A stretch of 35,473 nt of DNA from Bacteroidota bacterium (GTDB lineage Bacteria > Bacteroidota > Bacteroidia > Bacteroidales > Prolixibacteraceae). Shown here in pieces: positions 10,714-20,293 of the stretch. The notes beneath the pieces were generated by a model. That model had not been told where the DNA came from. It searched no databases and saw nothing but the letters and a program-made list of their open reading frames with translations. The stretch's first letter is position 1. Each line of letters opens with the position of its first letter. Location of the stretch: the NCBI GenBank assembly GCA_030632865.1, contig DAOVTY010000001.1, positions 1 through 35,473 on the forward strand, given 5' to 3'. Made by a program: the position numbers and the translations under genes.

Positions 10714-11941
10714 TAATCTCATACTCCTTAATTTTTCGGTAAAGTGTCCGCTCCGAAATCCCCAACTCCTGAGCTGCATATTTGCGTTTACCATTATGTT
10801 TGTTCAATGCTTTTTTAATTAGTTCAATCTCCTTATCTTCCAACGATAGAGACTCTTCAACATATTCTTCGGTATCTTGAATATTGTTTTTATTCACAGA
10901 TTCAATATGAATATGTTTCTGTGATGTAGCATCTTCAGGTACAATATTACTTTCAACGTCGTTATATAAATTACGTATAACATGAGCTTGATCTCCCGAA
11001 ATTGGAGTTTCTTTATTTTCCATTATATCGAGAACAAGTTTCTTTAAATCAGTCATGTCGCGTTTCATGTCGAACAAAATTTTATACAAAATCTCGCGCT
11101 CGGTCGAGAAAGAACTCTCTTCCCCACTTCTTGAAAAAATAGCAGGTAAATTTTTAGATCTATTTGTTGGTAAATAATTCTGTAAAATATCGGAAGTTAT
11201 ATTTCTGTCCTTTTCAATAATAGAAATTTGTTCGGTAATATTTTTCAGTTGGCGCACATTTCCTGGCCAGCCATAATTTGTTAACGATATTTGTGCCTGA
11301 GTATCTAATTGTATCGATGGCATTCTATATTTCTCGGCAAAATCGCGTGCAAATTTTCTAAAAAGCAGATGAATATCTCCTGGCCTTTCGCGAAGTGGCA
11401 ACACATGAATAGGTACTGTATTTAATCTGTAATACAGATCTTCTCTAAACCTTCCATTTTCAATTGCCTCCGGAATATTTACATTAGATGCAGCAACAAC
11501 TCTAACATTAGTTTTTATCATTTTTGACGATCCCACTTTAATAAACTCGCCAGTTTCTAAAACACGTAACAAGCGCACCTGAGTAGAAATAGGTAGTTCC
11601 CCAATCTCGTCTAAAAAAATAGTTCCATTGTCGGCTTCCTGGAAATATCCTTTTCGGTCGGCCAGTGCACCGGTAAAAGCTCCTTTTTCGTGACCAAAAA
11701 GCTCTGAATCTATTGTTCCCTCGGGTATTGCGCCGCAATTTACTGCAATATATTTCCCATGCTTCCGGCTCGAAAACTGATGAATAATTTGTGGAAATAT
11801 CTCTTTACCCGTACCACTTTCTCCAGAAATAAGAACCGATAAATCAGTGGGTGCAACTTGCACAGCAACTTCAATGGCGCGGATTAAACCTGCCGAATTT
11901 CCAATAATCTCAAACCTCTGTTTTATTCCCTGTATATCCAT
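10706..11941 (-). CDS. sigma54-dependent transcriptional activator (AAA+ and Fis-type HTH, no N-terminal sensor)
   Basis: Walker A GESGTGKE, SELFGHEKGAFTGA, Walker B FLDEIGE, RFREDLYYRL, WPGNVRQL and HTH LGISERTLYRK. Start moved to ATG 11941 (MDIQGIK). Confidence 0.92.
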   Translation of the reverse strand: MDIQGIKQRFEIIGNSAGLIRAIEVAVQVAPTDLSVLISGESGTGKEIFPQIIHQFSSRKHGKYIAVNCGAIPEGTIDSELFGHEKGAFTGALADRKGYFQEADNGTIFLDEIGELPISTQVRLLRVLETGEFIKVGSSKMIKTNVRVVAASNVNIPEAIENGRFREDLYYRLNTVPIHVLPLRERPGDIHLLFRKFARDFAEKYRMPSIQLDTQAQISLTNYGWPGNVRQLKNITEQISIIEKDRNITSDILQNYLPTNRSKNLPAIFSRSGEESSFSTEREILYKILFDMKRDMTDLKKLVLDIMENKETPISGDQAHVIRNLYNDVESNIVPEDATSQKHIHIESVNKNNIQDTEEYVEESLSLEDKEIELIKKALNKHNGKRKYAAQELGISERTLYRKIKEYEING

Positions 11942-11963
11942 AAAATTTTTAATAAACAAAATG

Positions 11964-11971
11964 CAAATTTA
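11964..11971 (-). promoter_or_regulatory. -7 element TAAATTTG(CA) for the activator-lptE-TPR-secG operon
   Basis: Exact TAnnTTTG 22 nt upstream of ATG 11941. Confidence 0.6.
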
Positions 11972-12057
11972 TAACTTTTCATTTGTATTATTTCACTTCG
12001 TCCTAATATTAACCTTTTTTTTGAAAAAATAATTGGAAGTATTAAGTAATTAGCGCA

Positions 12058-12201
12058 AACTAGTTTCAAGTAAAACATGAAATATCCGGTCGTCATGATG
12101 AATTCATTTCAGTATCTTTTAAATAAACAGTAGATTCCGAATCCATTAACTGACAGACGGAATGACGAACTCGAAAAATGAAGGTTGACTTCACAGTAGT
12201 T
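12058..12201. repeat. Nested palindromic REP/MITE-like element
   Basis: Outer imperfect inverted repeat 12058-12076 vs 12183-12201 (14/19 match). Inner units CGTCATGATGAATTCATTTCAGTATCT and AGATTCCGAA...CGGAATGACG with CGTCAT/ATGACG ends. Confidence 0.55.
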
Positions 12202-12290
12202 AGATTTTACAAACATTTATTATCTATTCATATACTTCTAATTATAGTTCTTGTCGCTAAAAATATCACAATCTATTTTATCTTTACAAA

Positions 12291-13025
12291 ATGAATTTTA
12301 TTGGAATAATACCTGCACGTTACGAATCAACCAGATTTCCCGGAAAGCCATTGGCAATTATTAGTGATAAACCAATGATTCAATGGGTTTACGAAAATGT
12401 TTCGAAAGCATTGGAACATGTTTGGGTGGCAACCGATGACAATAGAATTTTTGACGCTGTTAATAAATTTGGAGGAAATGCGATTAAAACACTTTCGACA
12501 CATAAAAGCGGAACTGACCGTTGTGCAGAAGCTGCACAAAAACTCGCAGAAAAGATAAATTTCGATGTGGTTATTAATGTTCAGGGCGACGAACCTTTTA
12601 TTCAACCCGAACAAATTGAGCTTCTAAAATCGTGCTTCGAAAATAATACTGACATTGCAACTTTGGTGAAAAAAATTAAAAAACAGGAAGAATTATTTAA
12701 TTCAAACAGACCAAAAGTTGTAATCGACAATCAACAAAATGCATTATATTTTAGTCGTTCTCCAATTCCGTTTGTTCGTGGCGAAGAAGAAAAAAATTGG
12801 CACATAAAAAGTAATTTTTGGGCACATATTGGAATGTATGCATACAAAACCGATGTTCTTCAGAAAATAACAAAGCTTAAACAAAGCACTCTAGAATTGA
12901 CAGAATCGTTGGAACAATTGCGTTGGTTAGAAAATGGATTTCAGATAAAAACTGCCGAAACAGATCATCAAAGTATTGGAATTGACACGCCAGAAGATTT
13001 AGAAATTGCTTTGCAACTCTTGTAA
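12291..13025 (+). CDS. kdsB: 3-deoxy-manno-octulosonate cytidylyltransferase (CMP-Kdo synthetase)
   Basis: IIPARYESTRFPGKPL, SGTDRC, NVQGDEP, ALYFSRSPIP and ESLEQLRWLE. Confidence 0.97.
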   Translation: MNFIGIIPARYESTRFPGKPLAIISDKPMIQWVYENVSKALEHVWVATDDNRIFDAVNKFGGNAIKTLSTHKSGTDRCAEAAQKLAEKINFDVVINVQGDEPFIQPEQIELLKSCFENNTDIATLVKKIKKQEELFNSNRPKVVIDNQQNALYFSRSPIPFVRGEEEKNWHIKSNFWAHIGMYAYKTDVLQKITKLKQSTLELTESLEQLRWLENGFQIKTAETDHQSIGIDTPEDLEIALQLL

Positions 13026-13046
13026 GATAATTCTGTCTTTTAAAAA

Positions 13047-13063
13047 TAGGCACATTATTTGCA
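13047..13063 (+). promoter_or_regulatory. sigma54 (-24/-12) promoter
   Basis: TAGGCACATTATTTGCA has exact GG-N10-GC spacing with GGCAC and TTGC boxes, 28 nt upstream of ATG 13092. Confidence 0.7.
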
Positions 13064-13091
13064 AAGATGTGTGATATAAAATTTCAATGCC

Positions 13092-13460
13092 ATGAAACAG
13101 ATTATACTTTTAACATTAGCCATATTTATATCATTCGTAAGTTTTTCGCAGAATAACAATAGCAATCCTTCCAGTTTAAGCAATTCGTTTATTAGTGAAA
13201 AACAGAACACACCCACTTTAAAAATCTACCCAAATCCTTGTAAAAATGAAAAAGTTACAATAGATTTTAATAGGCACCAAATTTCCGAAATTCAATTAAC
13301 AAACATTACGGGCAAACAGGTTCTTCGTAAAAAATTCACTTTCGCTGAAAACAAAAAACAACTTCAGTTAAACGATATTCCAAATGGAATGTATCTGCTA
13401 AAAGTAAAATCTACTGACAATAAAATAGTGGTTAAAAAATTTATCGTAAGTAAAGAATAA
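13092..13460 (+). CDS. Small protein made of a signal peptide and a T9SS type A C-terminal sorting domain only
   Basis: Signal MKQIILLTLAIFISFVSFSQ, ~22-aa N/S-rich linker, then LKIYPNP...NITGKQV...NGMYLLKV...KKFIVSK. Confidence 0.85.
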   Translation: MKQIILLTLAIFISFVSFSQNNNSNPSSLSNSFISEKQNTPTLKIYPNPCKNEKVTIDFNRHQISEIQLTNITGKQVLRKKFTFAENKKQLQLNDIPNGMYLLKVKSTDNKIVVKKFIVSKE

Positions 13461-13533
13461 TCACCGGCATTTTTCGTTTTGTTATACCTCATTTTTTCTT
13501 ACTTTCACAGGCTCATTTTAAAAAATTAAAGCA

Positions 13534-15765
13534 TTGAAACGAGTTCTATTTTTATTGTTTGTAGTTACTACACTTCAAACAATTGCACAGCAAGACATAT
13601 CAGATGTCAGAAATCTTCCGGAAGGCGAAACAGCAACTATAACAGGTATTATAACTAATGGCGACGAACTTGGAGATATACGATATATTCAGGATGCAAC
13701 GGCCGGGCTTGCAATTTACGGCACTGAACTGAGTAGTATTAAAAGAGGCGATTCGATTACCATAACCGGAGAAATTGATATTTATAATAATTTGTTTGAA
13801 TTAAAAAATGTTTCAGGACTCACCATTCATACTTCTGGAAATAATTTGCCAGCACCAAAAGTTTTGACGATTGATGAGATAGGTGAAGACTATGAAGGGC
13901 AGTTAATTCAGATAAACAGTATTGAAATTGAAAATGCAAACGGCACTTTTGATGGTGGTAAAAACTATAATTTCACTAACGACTCAAAAACAGGAGTTTT
14001 CAGAATTAATAACGGTTCGCCAATTGTTGGTGAGGTAATTCCAACCGGAGAAATAAATCTTGTTGCAATTTGCTCGCAATATTCATTCGAGTATAATGAT
14101 ACACGTTCAGGCTATCAACTTCTACCACGAAAAATGGAAGATCTTATTTCAGGAGCTTTAATAAATTTTACATCGCCGGTTGAAATAAATAATATCACAA
14201 AAAGTGGGTTTACTCTTTCGTGGAGTACCGATGTGGAATCAACTTCGGAAATAATTTATGGATTGTTGGAAAACCAGTCATCGTGGGCAAATTTTGGAAC
14301 TGGAAGTTCAACTCAAGTTGGAGATGAGTATTTTCATAAGATTGAAATATCAGGACTTGATCCTGCAACAATTATTTATGCGAAAGCATTTTCTGTATTA
14401 AATATTGATACAGCATTTTCGTCCGTTGGAGTTTTTGCCACCGAATCTAATTCTACCGGCACTATAAATGCATATTTTAATACACCGGTAAATACCGATT
14501 TATCGACAGGAACTATTGCTCAATATATCGGAAAATCTATGAATGATACATTAATAGCATATATTAATCGTGCAACCGAAACCATTGATTTTTGTATTTA
14601 TAATATTAACAATAGTGGTTTAAGTAATGTTAGTGAAGCATTAAATTATGCACATAATAGAGGTGTAATAATTAGGTTTATAACTTCTGGAAGCACTGAA
14701 CATTATGGAGTTGATGACTTAGTTTCCGAGATTCCGGTAATTGAAAGTCCGTACAATTCGGGAACAGGAATTATGCACAATAAATTTGCTATTATAGATG
14801 CTAATTCTGCTGATGCTGAGAAACCGTGGGTTTGGTCGGGCTCTACAAATTTAACTTACGACCAGGTAAATACAGATGCCAATAACATGATTTTTATTCA
14901 AGATCAAACTCTGGCAAAAAGCTACAGAATTGAATTTGAAGAGATGTGGGGAAGTTCTGAAAATCAACCCAATGAAAGCAATGCAAAGTTTGGAGCAAAC
15001 AAAAGCAATAATACACCGCACGAGTTTATAGTTGGAGGCAATCGTTTACAATCATATTTCAGCCCTTCAGATGGCACAAACCAGCAAATTATAAATGCAA
15101 TAAATACGGCTGAAAACGATTTAAACATTGAAACTATGCTGATTACTCGCACTGATTTAGCGAATGCAATTAGCGATGCAAATAGAAGAGGTGCAGAGGT
15201 GCATGTAGTTACCAACCATTCAAATGATAATTCTGAAACAGTAAACGACATCTTGAATAGCGCATTGCCTACCGGGAAATATATTTTTGATAACACTGCT
15301 GGTGGAATTCTACACCATAAAATGGCAATTATTGATGCAAATTATGCAGCTTCCGATCCACAGGTAATTACAGGCAGCCACAATTGGAGTAATTCTGCCA
15401 ACGACAGAAATGATGAAAATACTTTGATAATTCATAATGCAGATATTGCCAATCAGTATTTCCAGCATTTTGCATATCGGTTTGCAGAGAATGGCGGTAA
15501 TTTGGTAGTTTCTGCTGAAAATATAGAATTTGAAAACGTGAAGGTTTATCCAAATCCGACCGTTGGAAAAATTACAATTACATCTCCAATTTCAATAAAA
15601 AAGATTCAACTTTTCTCATCAACGGGAGTTGTTGTCAAAGAGATAGATTCTAATCATTCCAATCATTTAGAAATCGATTTCACTTCATTAAAATCTGGAT
15701 TGTACATTTTGAAAATTCAAACCAAAAACAATAGTTTTAATTCTTATAAAATTATTAAAAAGTAG
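13534..15765 (+). CDS. T9SS-secreted phospholipase D superfamily enzyme (OB-fold-like N-terminus, FN3-like domain, two HKD motifs); nuclease or phospholipase
   Basis: TTG start and signal peptide; HNKFAIID...SGSTN and HHKMAIID...TGSHN; N-terminal ATITGIIT...YIQDATAGLAIY...GDSITITG; CTD VKVYPNP...SGLYILKI...KIIKK. Confidence 0.85.
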   Translation: MKRVLFLLFVVTTLQTIAQQDISDVRNLPEGETATITGIITNGDELGDIRYIQDATAGLAIYGTELSSIKRGDSITITGEIDIYNNLFELKNVSGLTIHTSGNNLPAPKVLTIDEIGEDYEGQLIQINSIEIENANGTFDGGKNYNFTNDSKTGVFRINNGSPIVGEVIPTGEINLVAICSQYSFEYNDTRSGYQLLPRKMEDLISGALINFTSPVEINNITKSGFTLSWSTDVESTSEIIYGLLENQSSWANFGTGSSTQVGDEYFHKIEISGLDPATIIYAKAFSVLNIDTAFSSVGVFATESNSTGTINAYFNTPVNTDLSTGTIAQYIGKSMNDTLIAYINRATETIDFCIYNINNSGLSNVSEALNYAHNRGVIIRFITSGSTEHYGVDDLVSEIPVIESPYNSGTGIMHNKFAIIDANSADAEKPWVWSGSTNLTYDQVNTDANNMIFIQDQTLAKSYRIEFEEMWGSSENQPNESNAKFGANKSNNTPHEFIVGGNRLQSYFSPSDGTNQQIINAINTAENDLNIETMLITRTDLANAISDANRRGAEVHVVTNHSNDNSETVNDILNSALPTGKYIFDNTAGGILHHKMAIIDANYAASDPQVITGSHNWSNSANDRNDENTLIIHNADIANQYFQHFAYRFAENGGNLVVSAENIEFENVKVYPNPTVGKITITSPISIKKIQLFSSTGVVVKEIDSNHSNHLEIDFTSLKSGLYILKIQTKNNSFNSYKIIKK

Positions 15766-15987
15766 CCACGAATGCGCGAATGAATATTAAAAGTAAACTA
15801 TAAATAGAGCATTGCTAAAAATTTTATAGCTAAAAATTAATATTTATGAAATTTTCATTTAGCACTTTCTGCGATGCATCTAATATCTTAAAAAATATAA
15901 AATCGCAATGAGATGAAAATTAGAATTGTCATTTTATTATTCAGAACATTTTGCCTAATTTCTTTTTTTGCAAACCAAAATAATTAA

Positions 15988-18249
15988 ATGAGAAAATACA
16001 TATTTGCTTTTATTATAACTGTATTTTCAACGATGCAGCTTTTTTCACAATCAATTCAAGGAGTTATTCTTAATAAAGAAAATAATAATCCAATTCAAAA
16101 TGCCAATATTTCAATTGTAAATTCAACCCAGGGTACTGTTTCAAACACTGATGGTATATTCTCAATAAACTATTCTGAAAAGGAAATTTTTACACTATTA
16201 GTTTCGTACATAGGTTTTGAAAGTTCACTGCTTAAACTTTCCAGTGAGAATGCACAAAAAGAGTTAATAATCAAACTTCAGCCAACTACTATTCAACTAA
16301 ATAAAAGTATTGTAGTTACAGCCACAAAAAACAAACTTGTTTCTCATAAAATTCCTGAAGCTGTTTCGGTTTTAACCGAGGAGGAATTAAAAATTAATGC
16401 CCCACGTTCTATGGCCGAAGCATTAATTGGAGTTCCCGGCGTTTGGATGCAAAAAACCAATCATGGAGGCGGCTCTCCATTTTTACGCGGTTTAACAGGA
16501 AACCAGACTTTACTTTTAGTTGATGGAATTCGTTTAAATAACGCAGCATTTCGTTACGGGCCAAACCAGTATTTTAATACCATCGATGTATTTTCGGTGA
16601 GTCAGGTTGAAGTAATTCGCGGGAAAGGGTCTGTACTTTACGGAAGTGATGCACTTGGTGGTGTTATTAATGTTGTCACAAAAACACCAGAATTTTTTAC
16701 CGGAAAACCACGACTAAAAGGTAGGGGCAGAATAAAATTCATGAATAAAGAAATGGAGAAAACAGGTGGTGGAGAGCTGGAATTCCAGTCTCAAAATTTT
16801 GCGATTTCAGGAAATGTAAATTATAAAAATTTTGGCGATTTATATGCTGGAGGAGAACTCGGTTACGAGCGACCCTCGGGCTACAACGAAACCGGAACAA
16901 ATTTTAAAACAAAACTACGATTAGCTGATAACTGGTTATTTACTTCAGCTTTTAATTACCTCATTCAAAATGATGTTGGAAGGTACGACCAAATAGCACA
17001 ACGTGGATATGAGACTTATAAATTTTATCCTCAAATCCACCGACTGTTTTATTCAAAAATTGAATACTTTGGAGACTCTTCATTTTTCAAAAAAATAAAC
17101 TTTACAGTTTCAAACCAACTTTCAGACGAAACTAGAGTCACACAGAAACAGGAATCAACAACTCTGAACACAGAAAATGATGTGGTGAAAAATTACGGGT
17201 TTGTTCTTGATATTCTTTCTGACTTCACAAAAAAATGGAGTGCAGTTTCGGGGCTGGAATTTTATTCTGACTTGATTAATTCTTCCAAAATTGAAACAAA
17301 TACTGATACGGGAGATCAAACGAAAAAACGCGGTTTATACCCTGACAATTCGAAAATGAAAAATTTCGCAGTTTTTAGTCAGCACACTGTAAAATTTGAA
17401 AAAATTAATTTGCAACTAGGAGGCCGTTTTAACGCAAATCAAATCAATTCAGTCGATGTGGAGTTTGGAGAAGTTACGTTAAAACCACAATCCATTGTGG
17501 GGAATTTCTCGTTTCAATACTTGCCCAACAAATCAGACAACTTTATTTTTTCGGTGAATACGGCATTTCGCGCTCCAAACATAAACGACATAAGCAGTTT
17601 TGGACTATTCGATTACGGCATCGAAATTCCTTCTACAAATCTCTCACCGGAAAAAACCCTCACATTCGAAGGAGGATATAAAAAGCTTACTGACAGATTT
17701 TCGTTTTCAATATTTGCATTTAATACCCGGTTAAAAGACCAAATTGTTAGAGTGAAAACAGATTATAATGGAGAGGATTTTATTGATGGCGAACAAGTCT
17801 ATACAAAAGAAAACCTGACTAAATCTAATATTTTTGGAATTGAAGCTGAATCAGGAATTAAACTGAATTCACAATTTTCATTAATAAACAGCATAACTTG
17901 GTTATACGGTAAAGACATCGAAAACGATGAACCAATGCGACGCATTCCACCGTTGAACGGCAAACTTGCATTGCGATATTCAAAATCACGTTTGTTTGCA
18001 GAAACAGAGTTATTGTTTGCTACAAAACAAGACCGACTTTCTGGAGGCGACATTGATGACCACCGAATTCCAGACGGAGGAACTCCTGGTTGGAGCATCG
18101 TAAATTTAAAAACAGGATATTCATGGGATAAAATTTCATTACACACCAGTCTTCAAAATATATTTAATCAAGCCTACCGTATTCACGGTTCTGGAGTTGA
18201 TGGTTTTGGACGCTCAATTTGGATGTCACTATTTTTTGAAATTGAATAA
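15988..18249 (+). CDS. TonB-dependent receptor (not SusC-type) with N-terminal CarboxypepD-like domain
   Basis: Signal peptide, IVVTAT, plug GGGSPFLRG...LLLVDGIRLN...VEVIRGKGSVLYGSDALGGVINVVTK, and C-terminal NIFNQAY...GRSIWMSLFF. Confidence 0.92.
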   Translation: MRKYIFAFIITVFSTMQLFSQSIQGVILNKENNNPIQNANISIVNSTQGTVSNTDGIFSINYSEKEIFTLLVSYIGFESSLLKLSSENAQKELIIKLQPTTIQLNKSIVVTATKNKLVSHKIPEAVSVLTEEELKINAPRSMAEALIGVPGVWMQKTNHGGGSPFLRGLTGNQTLLLVDGIRLNNAAFRYGPNQYFNTIDVFSVSQVEVIRGKGSVLYGSDALGGVINVVTKTPEFFTGKPRLKGRGRIKFMNKEMEKTGGGELEFQSQNFAISGNVNYKNFGDLYAGGELGYERPSGYNETGTNFKTKLRLADNWLFTSAFNYLIQNDVGRYDQIAQRGYETYKFYPQIHRLFYSKIEYFGDSSFFKKINFTVSNQLSDETRVTQKQESTTLNTENDVVKNYGFVLDILSDFTKKWSAVSGLEFYSDLINSSKIETNTDTGDQTKKRGLYPDNSKMKNFAVFSQHTVKFEKINLQLGGRFNANQINSVDVEFGEVTLKPQSIVGNFSFQYLPNKSDNFIFSVNTAFRAPNINDISSFGLFDYGIEIPSTNLSPEKTLTFEGGYKKLTDRFSFSIFAFNTRLKDQIVRVKTDYNGEDFIDGEQVYTKENLTKSNIFGIEAESGIKLNSQFSLINSITWLYGKDIENDEPMRRIPPLNGKLALRYSKSRLFAETELLFATKQDRLSGGDIDDHRIPDGGTPGWSIVNLKTGYSWDKISLHTSLQNIFNQAYRIHGSGVDGFGRSIWMSLFFEIE

Positions 18250-18386
18250 GATAAATGGTCGGGTATAATCTTATTAAACCGGTTTTCGAGCAAAGTTCGG
18301 ATATGCATTAAATCGAAAGCGCCAAACCAATCCATAGATTTGCACCAGTTATATAAGCAAGAAATGGCAAAATGAAAGGCAAGAAT

Positions 18387-19100
18387 TTAAATGCCAAATC
18401 GTTTTTTAGCATCTTCCAAAATAGAGATAGTTGCAGTTGCTCCACATCGAGTACAGCCAGCTTCTTGTACCGCAATTAGTCCATCTAACGAACGAACTCC
18501 GCCGGCAGCTTTTACTTTAACTTTTGGCCCGCTACTTTTTCTCATAAGTTTAAGGTTCGGAATTGTTGCTCCTGTGTACGAATATTTTCCATCGTCACCT
18601 TTTACAAATCCAAATCCCGATGAAGTTTTTACATAATCAGCACCAACTTTTGTGCAAATCTCACACAACTTAACAATGTCTTTAACATTAGATACATAGT
18701 CCGTTTCGAAAATAACTTTTACAATAGCACCGTTCTTATGGCTAACTTCAGTAATTGCCTCAATCTCTTTTTCAATATAATTCCAATCTCCTTGCAATGC
18801 TTTCCCTATATTTATAACCATATCAATTTCTACTGCTCCATCTTTACATGCAGTTTCGGTTTCGAAAACTTTAACTTCAATAGCTGAGTTCCCCGATGGA
18901 AACCCGACTACGCACCCAACAAAAACATCAGTTCTTTTTAATAATTTAACTGCTTGCTTAACTGCATACGGTTTTACACAAACCGATGCCACATCGTATT
19001 TTGCCGCCACTGCACATTCTCGTTTTAAATCTTCATCAGTCATTGTTGGATGAAGAATGGAATGGTCAATCATTTTTGCGAGTTCTTTTATTTTGTTCAT
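18387..19100 (-). CDS. deoC: Deoxyribose-phosphate aldolase
   Basis: IDHSILHP, VGFPSG, GAVEIDMVINIG, KVIFET, DYVKTSSGF and VKAAGGVR. Confidence 0.95.
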   Translation of the reverse strand: MNKIKELAKMIDHSILHPTMTDEDLKRECAVAAKYDVASVCVKPYAVKQAVKLLKRTDVFVGCVVGFPSGNSAIEVKVFETETACKDGAVEIDMVINIGKALQGDWNYIEKEIEAITEVSHKNGAIVKVIFETDYVSNVKDIVKLCEICTKVGADYVKTSSGFGFVKGDDGKYSYTGATIPNLKLMRKSSGPKVKVKAAGGVRSLDGLIAVQEAGCTRCGATATISILEDAKKRFGI

Positions 19101-19222
19101 TTTATATATATTTTTTTTACTCTTATATTTATAAAATTAGGGCACATAATTATTGAATCAATTATAATGCAAACATTTTCTAATTAATTTAGTATAAATT
19201 TAAAGACTTTAAATTTAATATT

Positions 19223-20227
19223 ATGACTGACAGAAGAAACTTTTTAAAAAATTTGGCTGGAGTAACTGCCGGACTTTCGCTTAGTGGAACAGCTTTTGGG
19301 AGTGAAAAAACTACAGATAGAATGGGAGAAGTTTTGCCGAAGCGAAAGCTGGGGAGAACTGGCGAATACGTAACCATGCTAGGCACAGGAGGTTATCATG
19401 TTGGATGGACAACTGAGCGTGATGCACAGGAAGTAGTTGAGGCAGCCATAGAAGGTGGCGTGCGTTTTTTCGATACTGCTGAAAGTTATTCGAAAGGAAG
19501 AAGCGAAGAACGTTATGGGAAATTTCTTACACCAAAATATCGCGATTTAATTTTTTTGATGACAAAATCGACAGGAAAAGATGCTAAATCTGTACAGGAG
19601 CATTTGGAGGGTTCTTTACGAAGGTTAAAAGTTGACCAAATAGATTTGTTTCAAGTACATTCTATTAAAACTCCTGAAGACGTAGATAGTAGAATTGAAA
19701 ATGGAGTTTTAGAGGTTCTGCTAAAAGCTAAGGAACAGGGTAAAATAAAGTATCTGGGATTTACCGGGCACCAAAATCCGTATGCACATACTCACATGTT
19801 AGAACGTACAAAAGAGAGCGATATTTTTGATACCGCTTTAATGCCTGTAAATGTTCTAGACCAGTCGTATTATAGTTTTATACAAAATGTAATTCCAAAT
19901 GCACTAGACAGAGACATGGGAATTCTAGCCATAAAATCGTTAGCCGACGGACGGTTCTTTGCAAAAAAGGAAAAAGTAAATTGGACTTCTGACGATCCGC
20001 TTATTCCAAATTATTTGAGTATCAAGGAAGCAATGTATTTTGTGTGGTCTTTACCAGTTACTGTTTTAATTTCAGGAAATGAAAACGCAACGTTTATGCG
20101 CGAAAAGGTTGCGCTTGCACGTTCATTTTCAAAACTCTCTGAAGCGCAAAGATTAGCATTAGTTGATAAAGTTAAAGATATTGCTCTTTCCGGAAATCTT
20201 GAATATTTCAAAAAGAAAAAAACATAA
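19223..20227 (+). CDS. Aldo/keto reductase with twin-arginine (Tat) signal
   Basis: DRRNFLK signal; RKLGRTG, FFDTAESY, SLRRLKVDQIDL and GKIKYLGFTGH. Confidence 0.9.
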   Translation: MTDRRNFLKNLAGVTAGLSLSGTAFGSEKTTDRMGEVLPKRKLGRTGEYVTMLGTGGYHVGWTTERDAQEVVEAAIEGGVRFFDTAESYSKGRSEERYGKFLTPKYRDLIFLMTKSTGKDAKSVQEHLEGSLRRLKVDQIDLFQVHSIKTPEDVDSRIENGVLEVLLKAKEQGKIKYLGFTGHQNPYAHTHMLERTKESDIFDTALMPVNVLDQSYYSFIQNVIPNALDRDMGILAIKSLADGRFFAKKEKVNWTSDDPLIPNYLSIKEAMYFVWSLPVTVLISGNENATFMREKVALARSFSKLSEAQRLALVDKVKDIALSGNLEYFKKKKT

Positions 20228-20264
20228 ATTCATAAATATTTTAATAATAAGTAGATGTAAAATG

Positions 20265-20293
20265 AAAAATCCCGGAGCCTCTGCACCGGGATT
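20265..20293 (-). terminator. Intrinsic terminator oriented for a minus-strand transcript
   Basis: Minus strand AATCCCGG-TGCAGAGGCT-CCGGGATTTTT. The U tail exists only on the minus strand. Confidence 0.75.

Noticed and set aside
15765-15781. GCCACGAATGCGCGAAT, resembling short Bacteroidota intergenic repeats
   Set aside because: Single degenerate half-copy with no partner in the window.
15850-15987. Possible Fur box or riboswitch upstream of the TonB receptor
   Set aside because: No convincing palindrome and no cobalamin or TPP riboswitch core motifs.
19139-19158. GGGCACATAATTATTGAA as a sigma54 promoter for the aldo/keto reductase
   Set aside because: The TTG box is 2 nt too far from the GG; -24/-12 spacing is strict.
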